NCBI GenBank assembly: GCA_017414965.1
Contig: JAFQJL010000021.1
Span: 13,886 to 77,885 of the forward strand
Direction: 5' to 3'
Source of the DNA: Clostridia bacterium
GTDB taxonomy: Bacteria > Bacillota > Clostridia > Oscillospirales > Acutalibacteraceae
DNA length: 64,000 nt
Positions within the stretch are counted from its first letter, which is position 1. Every line of letters begins with the position of its first letter. A model generated the notes under the pieces. It did no database searches, was not told where the DNA came from, and saw only the letters and a program-made list of their open reading frames with translations. Made by a program: the position numbers and the translations under genes. Positions 54,146 through 64,000 of the stretch are shown here, in pieces.

Positions 54146-54262
54146 ATCGCTATTTTACGATAACTTTGCCGATTTTGCAATATATTTTACTCAAAAGGCA
54201 ATTTATATTTCACAAAAGGTTTGTTATAATGGGTATATCCGACAGAGAAGGAAGTGACGCTG

Positions 54263-55381
54263 ATGGAAAATGTGAATTTAAAAACGGCGGAGATTTTGGA
54301 GCGTTCCGTGCAGATCAACGACGGCTTTACGCAGACCAGCGCCGACGGCGTGAATATGGCGTTTGACAGCCGATTCGGCATTTTGTTTTGCGTGTATATG
54401 CCCGGACCGCACGGACACTACGGCGAGTCCAGAGGGCGTATCTCGCTGACGTATTTTCCGGCATCGCAGCCGACAAATACCAAAACAATTGATGTTGTAA
54501 GCGGTCGGGAAGTGTACGTCCCCAATATTATCTCGCTGGGCGATGGTAAAGTGAGAATTCTTTACGAGGATAACAGCCGCGCGGACGAGGATCATTTGGT
54601 ATACTATCAGGATTTCGATTATCTCAGCGAGCAGTTGACCGAGGCTGAGCCCGTTATGTTGCGGAAGGATAACGGAAAAACCGTGCCGTTGACCGGCTCG
54701 GAACAGTTTGCTTACCTGGAAGAACACGGGTTTTATAACCACACCTACAAAGCCGCCGAGCAGGTGACCATCGGCAGCCATACCATCTCGCGGGGTGAAG
54801 ATGGAACACTGTACGGCGCAATCACCAGTTATTTGGCCGAGCCGATCCTTTATCGCTCGGTTGACAATATGCAAACGGTGGAATTTTTCGCGATTTGTCC
54901 GTATACGGCGCAGTATGAGATGGATTACAAGTGGATCGGCGGCAAAATCCACGCCGTTTTCCGCACGGATAAGGCGATCGACTCGATTGGCTACACCTGT
55001 TCGGAGGATGATGGCAAGCATTGGAGTGAGCCGACGTATTTTAAGGACAGCATCCCGTGCCGTCCGCGGCTGATTTCTTACTGCGACAGTATGCTGATTT
55101 CATACAATTATTTTAACGACGATACTCGAAACCGCCCGTCGATCCAGCAAGGACGCACCGCCGTTCGACTGGTGTACGGCGAGAAGCAGACGCCGGTGGC
55201 GGATCTGTACAGTCATTACGGGATCGTCAACGTTTGCCTGATCGACATCCTAAACGACGCGTATATGGCGTACAGCACCAGTCAGTTGGCGCTGGAATTC
55301 CAAAACGGCAACCCGATGGTGCGTGGAAAAGACGCGATTCGTTTTGTAAAACTGGGGGATCTGACCCCGAAATTTGAGTAG
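54263..55381 (+). CDS. BNR/Asp-box beta-propeller protein (sialidase-superfamily-like)
   Basis: Asp-box SEDDGKHWS; repeated beta-strand pattern. Family-level call only. Confidence 0.45.
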   Translation: MENVNLKTAEILERSVQINDGFTQTSADGVNMAFDSRFGILFCVYMPGPHGHYGESRGRISLTYFPASQPTNTKTIDVVSGREVYVPNIISLGDGKVRILYEDNSRADEDHLVYYQDFDYLSEQLTEAEPVMLRKDNGKTVPLTGSEQFAYLEEHGFYNHTYKAAEQVTIGSHTISRGEDGTLYGAITSYLAEPILYRSVDNMQTVEFFAICPYTAQYEMDYKWIGGKIHAVFRTDKAIDSIGYTCSEDDGKHWSEPTYFKDSIPCRPRLISYCDSMLISYNYFNDDTRNRPSIQQGRTAVRLVYGEKQTPVADLYSHYGIVNVCLIDILNDAYMAYSTSQLALEFQNGNPMVRGKDAIRFVKLGDLTPKFE

Positions 55382-55393
55382 GAGATAGCGACA

Positions 55394-56677
55394 ATGGAAT
55401 ATCCGCAGGGCCTGCTGTTTGAGGATGCGTTTCAGCAGGAGCTAAAAGAAAAATTTTACTACGCAGATAGCGATCCCGTCTACGGTGAGCGGCTGTTTTT
55501 TGATAATTCCGGCGGATCGCTCCGCTTAAAGCGGTGCGTGGAAGCCAAGATGGCCTGGGAAATGTTTCCGGATTGTCCGGAGCGTATTCACGCGCGCTCG
55601 GTGGAACTAAAAAGCCTTGTCGAACAAGGCACGAAGGACTTGCTGGAGATCGTTTTCGGTGCCAAAAGCGGCGCGCTGATCACCGAATTGACCGCTTCAC
55701 AGGCGATGTTTCATATGGTTGGCATGGTGATGGAAAACGTACCGGGGACCAACGCGGTGGTTTCGGCGCTGGAGCATCCCTCCGCTTATGACGCGGTGGC
55801 GTTTTACTGCCAAAAAACCGGCAAGGAATTGCGGGTTGTGCCGGCAAATAAACAAACCGGCGGTATCGAGCCGGAGGACGTGGCGCGGTTGGTGGACGAG
55901 AACACCTGTCTGCTCAGCGTGATGTCGGCATCCAATATTTCGGGCAATATTATGGATATGGATGCCATCGTTAAGACGGCGCGCGCGATCAAGCCGGATC
56001 TGTATATTCTGTCGGATGCGGTACAGCACGCGCCGCACTGCGCGATGGACGTGGAAAAACTGGGGTTGGATGGCGTGAATTTTGCGCCGTATAAATTCTT
56101 TGGTGTCCGCGGATGCGGCTTTGCGTACGTCTCGGATCGGATGACCAAGCTGCCGCACCACAAGTTGATCGCCAAAGAGGATGCGGTGTTTGAGCTCGGC
56201 ACCAGCGCACCGGGGAATTTCGCCGCCGCCATGGAGATCATCCGCTACGTCTGCGACATTGGCCGTCATTATCTGGGGGAAGCGGATCGGCGGACGCTGT
56301 ATGCGGAGGGTATGCGCCGCATTCATCTGCAGGAGCGCGCGTTGCTGCATCGGATGCTGGAGGGGAGCGAGGAGACCGCCGGACTTCGCCATATCCCCGG
56401 TGTGACCGTATGCGTGGACACCGAAGATCTGACGAAACGCGATCTGATCGCCGCGATCGCGCTGGACGGATGGGATATGACCGCTTGCGTGGCGGAATAT
56501 CAGCGTCGTGGCGTGACCGTCTACGAACGCGTCAACACCAGCATCTACTCCAAGCGGATCGTGGAAGCGCTCGGGCTGACCGGCGCGATCCGCGTGTCGC
56601 CGTTGCATTGCCACGGCACGGCGGATATCGACCGGTTTTTGCGTATCACCGCCGAGATCGCCAAAAGCGCACGATAA
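55394..56677 (+). CDS. class V aminotransferase-fold PLP enzyme (cysteine desulfurase/SelA-like)
   Basis: SDAVQHAPH and FAPYKFFG (PLP lysine) motifs. Confidence 0.6.
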   Translation: MEYPQGLLFEDAFQQELKEKFYYADSDPVYGERLFFDNSGGSLRLKRCVEAKMAWEMFPDCPERIHARSVELKSLVEQGTKDLLEIVFGAKSGALITELTASQAMFHMVGMVMENVPGTNAVVSALEHPSAYDAVAFYCQKTGKELRVVPANKQTGGIEPEDVARLVDENTCLLSVMSASNISGNIMDMDAIVKTARAIKPDLYILSDAVQHAPHCAMDVEKLGLDGVNFAPYKFFGVRGCGFAYVSDRMTKLPHHKLIAKEDAVFELGTSAPGNFAAAMEIIRYVCDIGRHYLGEADRRTLYAEGMRRIHLQERALLHRMLEGSEETAGLRHIPGVTVCVDTEDLTKRDLIAAIALDGWDMTACVAEYQRRGVTVYERVNTSIYSKRIVEALGLTGAIRVSPLHCHGTADIDRFLRITAEIAKSAR

Positions 56678-56826
56678 AAATGACAAGCCGTTTTCTCTCA
56701 AGAGTTGGGAGAAGGCGGCTTTGTTTTTTGTGTGAAATCGGTTGACGGCAAGAATGGTTTGTGATACACTTAAATTAGATAAATATATAGTGAATATATA
56801 GTGTAAGTTTATATGGAGTTTATGCT

Positions 56827-58512
56827 ATGAGCATTTCCGAAAAAATTCGATCGCTGTCGTTTTCGCAGGCGATCGTATACATCGCTCTGTTTGCGGTGGG
56901 ATCGTTTCACGAATATCTGTCCTGCCTGCTGGCGTTGGCGATGTTGGTGTGGTTGATCGTGCGTTGGTTTCGCGCCAAAGCGTTGACGGTGAACGCCACG
57001 CCTATGCTGGCGGCGATGGGCTTGCTGGTGCTGGCGTATGCGGTGTCGGCGCTGTGGGCGGTGGATGCCGGTGCGGCGATCTTCGGTTTCTTCAAATTTT
57101 TGCCCTTGCCGCTGTATCTGCTGGTGTTGATGCAAGAGCCGGACGGACGCGAAAAGGCGATTGCCGGTCTGCCTTTGGCGCTGACCGTTATGACGGTGCT
57201 GTCGGTAGTAGGTATGCAGATTCCGGCATTGACCGATTGGTTTTCGGTGGCCGGCCGTCTGGCGGGTTTCCTGCAATATCCGAACACGTTTGCGTTGCTT
57301 TTGTTGGTTGCGGAGCTGTTGTTGCTGACCAAGGACCACCTCAAACCGATCGACTACGTCTGTTTGGCGCTGCTGTTGTTTGGTTTACTGTATACCGGTA
57401 GCCGCACGGTGCTGGTGCTGGCGGTGCCGGCCAATATTGCGGCGCTGTTTATCAACAAAAACAAAAAGATCCGCCAGATCGCGCTGGGTGCGATCGGCGC
57501 CGGCGTGGTGCTGGTGCTGCTTTACTGTTTAGTTACCGATAGCTTTTCGGTGTTGGGGCGGTATTTGAATATCAACTGGCAGGAAAGCACGTTTGTCGGT
57601 CGTCTCTTGTATGTGGCGGACGCGTTGCCGATGATCGCCAAGCATCCCTTTGGCTTGGGATATATGGGATATCACTACGTTCAGCAAAGCATCCAGACCG
57701 GCGTGTACGCCGTCCAGTTTGTGCATAACGATGTGGTGCAGATCCTGCTGGATGTCGGCTGGTTGCCGTGTGTGGCATTTGTCGCCGCCGTTGTGGCTTC
57801 GCTGTGTAGCCGCAAGCTCTCGCCGCGCTACAAATTGGCGTTGGCGGTGATGCTTTTGCACGCTTGCTTTGACTTCGATTTGCAGTATATCGCGGTGTTT
57901 ATGGTGTTGCTGTTGTTGACGGCGCCGACGGCGAAAACCACGTGGGTGCTGACCGCTTCGCGTTCGGTCTGTACGGCGCTGGCGACGGTGTTGGCGGTTG
58001 CGTGTGTATACGCGGGCACGGTGCTGGGCTTGGCACGATTTGGGCAACACGAGGCGGTGCGTGCGTGGTATCCGTGGCATACGGAGAGCGATATTGCGGC
58101 GTTGCAGGAGGCAAAAGAGCCTGCCGAAATCGATGCGATCGCCGATCGGATATTGGAGCGAAACGAATATGTGGCGCTGGCATATAACGCCAAGGCACGC
58201 GCGGCTTTTTCAAGCGGCGATTTCACGGCGGTGATCGAGAACGCCAACACCGCTTTGACGATGGCACCGTTTGCGTACGAGTCGTATTGCGATTACGGGT
58301 ATATGCTGGTCAACGGCATTATGCTGTATGAACAGGCGGGCGACACGGAGAGCGCCGCGTTCTGCCGAAAGGAACTGCTGTCGTTGTCGCGAGAACTGTT
58401 GTCACAACAACAGCGGTTGAGTGAATGGGGCAAGGCGATCGACGATCAGCCGACGCTTGTGTTCCCGAAGGATCTGGCGACCTACGTGGAATCCATGCAA
58501 CAGGAGGATTGA
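56827..58512 (+). CDS. O-antigen ligase/polymerase-like (Wzy_C) membrane protein with a C-terminal helical-repeat domain
   Basis: At least 10 TM helices; LLYTGSRTVLV motif; soluble alpha-helical C-terminus. Confidence 0.55.
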   Translation: MSISEKIRSLSFSQAIVYIALFAVGSFHEYLSCLLALAMLVWLIVRWFRAKALTVNATPMLAAMGLLVLAYAVSALWAVDAGAAIFGFFKFLPLPLYLLVLMQEPDGREKAIAGLPLALTVMTVLSVVGMQIPALTDWFSVAGRLAGFLQYPNTFALLLLVAELLLLTKDHLKPIDYVCLALLLFGLLYTGSRTVLVLAVPANIAALFINKNKKIRQIALGAIGAGVVLVLLYCLVTDSFSVLGRYLNINWQESTFVGRLLYVADALPMIAKHPFGLGYMGYHYVQQSIQTGVYAVQFVHNDVVQILLDVGWLPCVAFVAAVVASLCSRKLSPRYKLALAVMLLHACFDFDLQYIAVFMVLLLLTAPTAKTTWVLTASRSVCTALATVLAVACVYAGTVLGLARFGQHEAVRAWYPWHTESDIAALQEAKEPAEIDAIADRILERNEYVALAYNAKARAAFSSGDFTAVIENANTALTMAPFAYESYCDYGYMLVNGIMLYEQAGDTESAAFCRKELLSLSRELLSQQQRLSEWGKAIDDQPTLVFPKDLATYVESMQQED

Positions 58513-58513
58513 G

Positions 58514-59821
58514 ATGAGAAGCTACATAGCATTTCTGTGCGTGCTGGCGCTGTTGCTGGGAGTGACGGGTTGTGCCGGTGAATCCGGCGGCAGCCTGACG
58601 GTGTACGACGCAAGCGGCGGCGTGTTGGCGACGGCGAACGCCGTCGACGATACCAACGGATTCCTCCGCTACACGATCGACGAGGCGATCGGTGTTTTGA
58701 TCGAGCGGTACGATCTGACTCGGGAGGAAGCCGAGAAGCGCCTGTTTAGCGGCGGCTATGCGATCGATTCGACCGCCGATCCGACGGTGATGGCGGCGGT
58801 GGAAGCCGCTTACGGCGATCAAACGATGCCGTTTGGATGTGCGGTAACCGATTTGTCCGGCAAGGTGTTGGCGGTGTATAGCGGCGGCAAAGAGGATTTT
58901 GCTTTGCTTGGTCATTCGCCGCATTCGTCGATCAAACCGCTGTCGGTGTATGCGCCGGCTATGGACGAGGGGTTACTGGATTGGTCGTCGACGATCGAGG
59001 ATAAGCCGTATAAGAAGCTCAAAGGGGAGAAGGGCGATTTGGTGGATTGGCCGGTCAACCCCACCGATCAATACACCTATCAGCCGGTGCTTTTGTACGA
59101 TTGCCTTCAGCAATCGCTCAACACCACGGCGGTACATAGCTTAAAAACGTTGGGTACGGAAAAAGCCCTTTCGTTCCTGCAACAGTCGTTTGGCTGGGAT
59201 GTTTCGTTTGAGCAAGAAAAACAAGAGAAGCAGGGCGAGGAGGAGATCCTCGGCAACGTGGCGTTGGGAACGCTGTACAAGGGCGTGACGCCGATCCAGT
59301 TGGCCGGCGCTTACCAGATCTTCGGCACCGGCGGTCGCTACGAGGCGCCGCACGCGGTGATCGCGATCCGCGACGCCGAGGGCAAAACGGTGTATACTTA
59401 TCAATCGGAAAAGACGCAGGTCATCCGCGAGGATACCGCCAGCATTATGAATCGATTGCTCAAAGGCGTGGTATCCGTCGGCGGTACCGGTGTCGCGGCC
59501 AAGGCCAAAGGCACCGAGCTGATCGGCAAGACCGGCACCGGTACGGATGACACCGATAACTGGTTTGTTGGGGTGACGCCGGAGTATAGCTGTGCGATCT
59601 GGCATGGCGAGGGCAACGAGGATAACATAGCGGCAGAACTGTTTACGAAAATATTTGAGCAGATGCCGACGCCTACCAAAAAGACCTTTGCGATGCGCGG
59701 CTCAGTGAAAAAAGTGGTGCTTTGCACCGAAAGCGGGTTGCAGGTCTCGGCGGACTGCGGCAATATTAAAATAGGCTATTATGCGGCAAATCGCGTGCCG
59801 GCGATTTGCGATAAGCACTGA
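58514..59821 (+). CDS. penicillin-binding transpeptidase-domain lipoprotein
   Basis: Lipobox LLGVTGC. SxxK as SIKP and KTGT as GKTGTGT. Start at ATG 58514. Confidence 0.65.
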   Translation: MRSYIAFLCVLALLLGVTGCAGESGGSLTVYDASGGVLATANAVDDTNGFLRYTIDEAIGVLIERYDLTREEAEKRLFSGGYAIDSTADPTVMAAVEAAYGDQTMPFGCAVTDLSGKVLAVYSGGKEDFALLGHSPHSSIKPLSVYAPAMDEGLLDWSSTIEDKPYKKLKGEKGDLVDWPVNPTDQYTYQPVLLYDCLQQSLNTTAVHSLKTLGTEKALSFLQQSFGWDVSFEQEKQEKQGEEEILGNVALGTLYKGVTPIQLAGAYQIFGTGGRYEAPHAVIAIRDAEGKTVYTYQSEKTQVIREDTASIMNRLLKGVVSVGGTGVAAKAKGTELIGKTGTGTDDTDNWFVGVTPEYSCAIWHGEGNEDNIAAELFTKIFEQMPTPTKKTFAMRGSVKKVVLCTESGLQVSADCGNIKIGYYAANRVPAICDKH

Positions 59822-59847
59822 TATATATTTCAGAGGAGGAGATAAGG

Positions 59848-62800
59848 ATGAGAATGGTTAAGAAAAGCTTGGCGTTCTTTCTGGCGGTGCTGATGCTGGT
59901 TGTCAGCGTTCCGGTCAGCGTGTTGCCGGTGTTAGCAACAAGCACGGAATTGCCGACCATCACTGTCGGAACACCGGTTACGGTTCAACCGCGCGCATAT
60001 GAACCGGAAGCCGTGCTCTTCACGCCGGATGAAACGGCGGTCTATACGTTCTATTCGATTTCGCAAGTAGATCCGTATGGCTACATTTATAACAACGAAA
60101 CCGATGAGTACGTATGGGACGACTATGACCGCGGTCCGGATTGGAACTTTGCGGCTACCACCAAACTGGAGGCGGGCGTGACCTATCGCTTGGAGACATA
60201 TACCTACCAAGACGAACAGCCCTTTGAGGTCGCCATACGCAAGTTCGATTGCGTAAGTTCGGTGGAGTTTAACACGGCCTACATCCAAAAAGGCGAGAAC
60301 GTTTACAACGAGGGCGCCGAAGTGGGTGGCGAGGAAGTGCGTTGGGATCGCTATGAGTACAGCACCTCGTTTGTTGTCACCATGGCAGATGGCCAAACTG
60401 TCACGGGCAGCGGCAACGCCTTTACGGCGCCGGACGATTTTGAGTACGGCATCTACTATCGTGACGATCAAGGATACGGCAACGAGTGGACGGGCGGCAC
60501 CTACCAGTCTACCGGTTGGGTGGAAAACGTGGTATCCAATACGTTTACGGTCGAGATGGTGGAAAGTCTGGTGCAATCGGTGGTTGCGGATCCGGTAACC
60601 CGTATCCTGAATTACAGCGGCCACGGATGGACGTCCAGCGATAGCCTCTACGATGAGGAGACCAACGAATGTATCGGTAATACCGATGAATATTTCCGTT
60701 ACGACATCCATTCGAGTAACATTGTTGTCACCATGTGCGATGGACAGGAGTTTCAGAGCGATGGCGGCGGTTTTGAATGGAACGGTATGTGGTGCGATTT
60801 CTCCGTGAGCGATCCGCAGAACTACGAAAATCAATGGTTGGAGACCGGAGAATATACGATCCATGCGGAACTTCTCGGCTATGAATTTACCTATACGGTC
60901 GAGCTGATCGAGACGCCGGTGGATTCCATCGTCATTCCGACGCAACAGAAGATCAAGAATTTCGCAGGCTATCACGGTGAATACAGGAGAGACGAGATCG
61001 AGTACGACGAAGAAACCGGCGAGTGGAGCTACACACCGGAATACTTCGCATACGGTACGTATTTTTATGATTACACCGTGGTTATGAAGGACGGCACCAC
61101 TTACGGTCCGGACGACCAAATTGTGTACAATGGCGAGATTTATGGTATTGAGCGTGAGGCCGACGGCCAGTCGTATGAAAATCAGTGGACGGTCGGCAAC
61201 ACCTATTCGGTGCCGGTCTCGTTGCTGGGTTATACCACTACTTACGACATTGAGATCATCGAGTCGCCGGTAGCGTCGGTCGTTGTCGAGCCGATACAGT
61301 GGATCGAAAAATCCCAAGGTGGTATGACCTCGGATTCGCTCTATGATGAGAACGGCGACTACATTGGTGAAAGCGATCCGTATTACAGTTATCTTACGTC
61401 GCCGCAGTTCTATACCGTCACGATGAAGGACGGCTCGGTTTACACGCCTGAGGATGGCGGTATTCTGTGGGAAGATCGGGAGTATTACCTGTCTTCAAAC
61501 AATCCACAGAGACACGATAATCCGTGGACGCCCGGTAACACCTACACGGTTACCGGTACGGTTTTGGGCTTTGAGTTTACCTACACGGTGGAGATTTTGG
61601 AAAGCCCGATCGAGTCCGTAGAAGTTGAGACCCATCAGGTGATCGAGAACTACGACGGATATGTAATACATGACATCTATTACGACGAAGAAACCGGCGA
61701 GGAGATTCCGAGCGAGGAGTACTTCATGTATTACATTTCGCCGGAAAAGTGGACCATTACACTGAAAGACGGAACGATTTACGAAGACGAACTCGTGGAA
61801 TGGGGCGGTGCCTATTACGGCTTCTCGGCTGTTGATCCCCAAAACAGCGATAATCAGTGGACGGTCGGCAACAGCTACACGATCGAGGCGGATATTTTGG
61901 GTTTCCCGTTCACCTATCAGGTCGAAGTGATTCCGACGCCGGTCGAGTCGATCGAGGTCTCTTCGGTTCAATTGATTGCCGGCATTGACGGTGATTGGAG
62001 AACCGATTCCCTCTACAGCGAGGTGACCGGCGATTATATTGGTGAATCGGACGAATACTATCGCTACTCCGTTTTCCCGAACAGATACGTCGTCACGATG
62101 AAGGACGGTAGCGTGTTCGAAAACGATATGGTCGAATGGAACGATGGCTGGTACAACGTGTCGACAAACGATGACCAGTCTTACGATAACCAATGGACGG
62201 TCGGCAATACCTATGAGGCGACCGTCTCGGTGTTGGGTTATTCTGTGCCTCTCTCGGTGGAGATTTTGGACACGCCGGTCGTGTCGATCGAGTTCGATAG
62301 TCCGGTCGCGCTGATCGAAAACGAGGATGGCTGTATGACCTTCGACGAGGAATGGGATGAGGATCTCGGCGAGTGGGTGACTTCCCCTGAGTATTTCCGG
62401 TACGATTATATGCCGATGAAATACACCGTCACCTTGGTCGACGGTCGCAAATTCACCGAAGAGGACGGCTCTATTTATTGGGATGGTTCCTATTACTCGA
62501 TCTTTTGGGGTGAAAGCGGACAGTCCTACGAGACGCCGTGGATTGCCGGTAACACCTATGCGATGACCGGCTCGGTTATGGGCTACGAATTCGAGTATGA
62601 AGTTTACGTGGCCGGCAAAGAGACTGCCGACGGCTTTGAGTATATGAACGTTGGCGGCGAGCTGATCATTTTGGACTACACCGGCGAAGACGAGATTGTC
62701 GCTGTGCCGGAATTCATCGGCGATTTCCCGGTTACGCGCATTGCTTCGCTGGGCTCGTCCGATGCGGTTACCAAAGTGGACATTCCGGATACGGTGTTCA

Positions 62801-64000
62801 TTCTGGCGGATTCTGTTTTCAGCGATCTGCCGTCTTTGCAGAGTGTGATCATCGGTGCGATGGTCTCCAACCTGAACGGCGATATGTTTGCATACTGCCC
62901 CGAGCTGGCGACTGTGGTCGTCTCGGACGGTAACGACTTCTTCTGTGCCGAGGATGGCGTGATCTACGACCGCAGTATGGAACGCGTGATCTTCTGCTTG
63001 CGCACCAAGGCGGGCGAGTACGTTATGCCGGAAACGGTCGGCGTGATTGATCCGATGGCGTTTATGGAATGCACGGAGCTGACCTCGGTGGAGATTTCTC
63101 CGAATGTAACCGAAATTGTCTATTACACCTTTGCCGGCTGCACGAGCTTGGCGGATGTGCAACTGCCGGAGGCGCTTGCGACTATCGGCGAATCGGCATT
63201 CTCCGAGACCGCGCTTGAGTCGGTGGAGCTGCCGGATTCGCTCGAATTGATGGAACCGTTTGCGTTCTATGATTGCGACAGCTTGGCTTCGGTTGGCATC
63301 GGCAGCGGCTTAACGGGCATCAGTAAGGAAACGTTCTATGATTGCGATGCGTTGACGGCCTTGACGGTGCCGGATACCATTGAGGTTATTGGGGCTAACG
63401 CGTTTATCGACTGCGATGCGTTGGCGACGCTGGATCTGGGAGACGGTGTCAGCCAGATTAGTGACTATGCATTTGCCTATTGCGAAAAACTGGGAAGCGT
63501 TGTTCTTCCGGATAGCTTGATCGCCATGGGCGAGGGAGCTTTCAACGGCTGCGAGGGATTGAAGTCGGTTAGCATCGGTGCCGGCTTGGAAACGCTGTAT
63601 TACGGCGTGTTTGCCGATACGGGACTGACCTCTATCACCATTCCGAGCAACATTGTCAATATTGAAACGGCGTTTGTCAATTGCGATGCGCTGACCACCG
63701 TCACTATTCCGGATACGGTGGAGTGGCTGTGCGGTTCCTTTGCGGATTGCGATGCGCTGACAACCGTTACCATCGGCAAAAACGCCATGATTATACCGGA
63801 TTCGTTCGTGAGCTGCAATCGTTTGACTGCCATCAATATTAGCCAGGAAAATCCGAACTCCCTTTCGGTTGACGGCGTTATGTTCGACAAGGAAAAGGCG
63901 GTCTTGATGGCTTATCCGGCCGGCAAGACGGCAACGTCCTACACGGTGCCGAGTGAGGTTGTGGAAATCTGCTACAACGCCTTCACGGATGCCAAGAATC
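59848..64000 (+). CDS. large secreted surface protein (partial, continues beyond the window): about six 113-aa tandem repeats followed by BspA-type leucine-rich repeats
   Basis: Not in the supplied ORF track (no stop in the window). GAGGAGGA RBS, ATG at 59848, signal peptide MRMVKKSLAFFLAVLMLVVSVPVSVLPVLA. I translated the frame by hand to 64000 without meeting a stop. Confidence 0.8.
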   Translation, partial: MRMVKKSLAFFLAVLMLVVSVPVSVLPVLATSTELPTITVGTPVTVQPRAYEPEAVLFTPDETAVYTFYSISQVDPYGYIYNNETDEYVWDDYDRGPDWNFAATTKLEAGVTYRLETYTYQDEQPFEVAIRKFDCVSSVEFNTAYIQKGENVYNEGAEVGGEEVRWDRYEYSTSFVVTMADGQTVTGSGNAFTAPDDFEYGIYYRDDQGYGNEWTGGTYQSTGWVENVVSNTFTVEMVESLVQSVVADPVTRILNYSGHGWTSSDSLYDEETNECIGNTDEYFRYDIHSSNIVVTMCDGQEFQSDGGGFEWNGMWCDFSVSDPQNYENQWLETGEYTIHAELLGYEFTYTVELIETPVDSIVIPTQQKIKNFAGYHGEYRRDEIEYDEETGEWSYTPEYFAYGTYFYDYTVVMKDGTTYGPDDQIVYNGEIYGIEREADGQSYENQWTVGNTYSVPVSLLGYTTTYDIEIIESPVASVVVEPIQWIEKSQGGMTSDSLYDENGDYIGESDPYYSYLTSPQFYTVTMKDGSVYTPEDGGILWEDREYYLSSNNPQRHDNPWTPGNTYTVTGTVLGFEFTYTVEILESPIESVEVETHQVIENYDGYVIHDIYYDEETGEEIPSEEYFMYYISPEKWTITLKDGTIYEDELVEWGGAYYGFSAVDPQNSDNQWTVGNSYTIEADILGFPFTYQVEVIPTPVESIEVSSVQLIAGIDGDWRTDSLYSEVTGDYIGESDEYYRYSVFPNRYVVTMKDGSVFENDMVEWNDGWYNVSTNDDQSYDNQWTVGNTYEATVSVLGYSVPLSVEILDTPVVSIEFDSPVALIENEDGCMTFDEEWDEDLGEWVTSPEYFRYDYMPMKYTVTLVDGRKFTEEDGSIYWDGSYYSIFWGESGQSYETPWIAGNTYAMTGSVMGYEFEYEVYVAGKETADGFEYMNVGGELIILDYTGEDEIVAVPEFIGDFPVTRIASLGSSDAVTKVDIPDTVFILADSVFSDLPSLQSVIIGAMVSNLNGDMFAYCPELATVVVSDGNDFFCAEDGVIYDRSMERVIFCLRTKAGEYVMPETVGVIDPMAFMECTELTSVEISPNVTEIVYYTFAGCTSLADVQLPEALATIGESAFSETALESVELPDSLELMEPFAFYDCDSLASVGIGSGLTGISKETFYDCDALTALTVPDTIEVIGANAFIDCDALATLDLGDGVSQISDYAFAYCEKLGSVVLPDSLIAMGEGAFNGCEGLKSVSIGAGLETLYYGVFADTGLTSITIPSNIVNIETAFVNCDALTTVTIPDTVEWLCGSFADCDALTTVTIGKNAMIIPDSFVSCNRLTAINISQENPNSLSVDGVMFDKEKAVLMAYPAGKTATSYTVPSEVVEICYNAFTDAKN
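60560..62600 (+). repeat. in-frame tandem coding repeats, period about 330-350 bp
   Basis: Recurrent ...YxNQWTVGNTY...LGYxFTYxVEIxESPVxSVxV... blocks, with linker motifs near 60905, 61255, 61594, 61924 and 62266. Confidence 0.75.

Noticed and set aside
60560-62600. Regular 330-350-bp periodic repeats considered as a possible CRISPR or other non-coding array.
   Set aside because: The period is far too long, the repeats are in-frame and protein-coding with conserved amino-acid motifs, and there are no short direct repeats with unique spacers. No CRISPR array was seen anywhere in the window.
59932-63162. Two large minus-strand ORFs (461 aa and 555 aa) listed in the track.
   Set aside because: They are antisense to the open plus-strand frame encoding a signal peptide, tandem repeats and LRRs. 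Their sequences are degenerate R/H/V/I-rich repeats mirroring the sense repeats.

Overview
This is a high-GC chromosomal segment (composition judged by eye) from an endospore-forming Clostridia-type Firmicute. It carries spoIIAA-spoIIAB-sigF, spoIIID and spoIVB. Core content: an aminotransferase, trpS, a T-box-controlled COG2984-type ABC transporter, a glycoside-hydrolase pair, a hexuronate operon (uxaC-uxuA-SDR-eda-kdgK), four tRNAs, several AraC/RpiR-regulated sugar or amino-acid loci, cell-envelope genes, and a large repeat/LRR surface protein that runs off the 3' end and is missing from the ORF track. Between 20566 and 41348 the core is interrupted by a clearly lower-GC 20.8-kb mobile island. 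The island sits inside a terminator hairpin and is bounded by perfect 12-bp inverted ends plus a 12-bp direct duplication. Island cargo: (i) a Sec-signal RHS/YD polymorphic toxin with a cognate immunity gene and a lipoprotein; (ii) a phage-like cluster of small genes with two metallophosphoesterases; (iii) a tyrosine integrase; (iv) a tightly packed 5-gene operon (34742-39244) described below; (v) a promoter/terminator-delimited structured RNA candidate; (vi) an IS4-family transposase. The operon encodes a zinc-ribbon/PH-like membrane protein, an 81-aa protein, a minimal CD38/ADP-ribosyl-cyclase-like (Tox-ARC) NADase-fold protein, a soluble TraD/VirD4-like P-loop ATPase, and a second zinc-ribbon membrane protein. 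I consider this operon the best candidate for an undescribed conflict or defence system. It would be analogous in logic to SIR2-HerA NAD-depletion systems but use a different NADase fold. All domain calls come from reading the translations and recalling family motifs; no database search was run.
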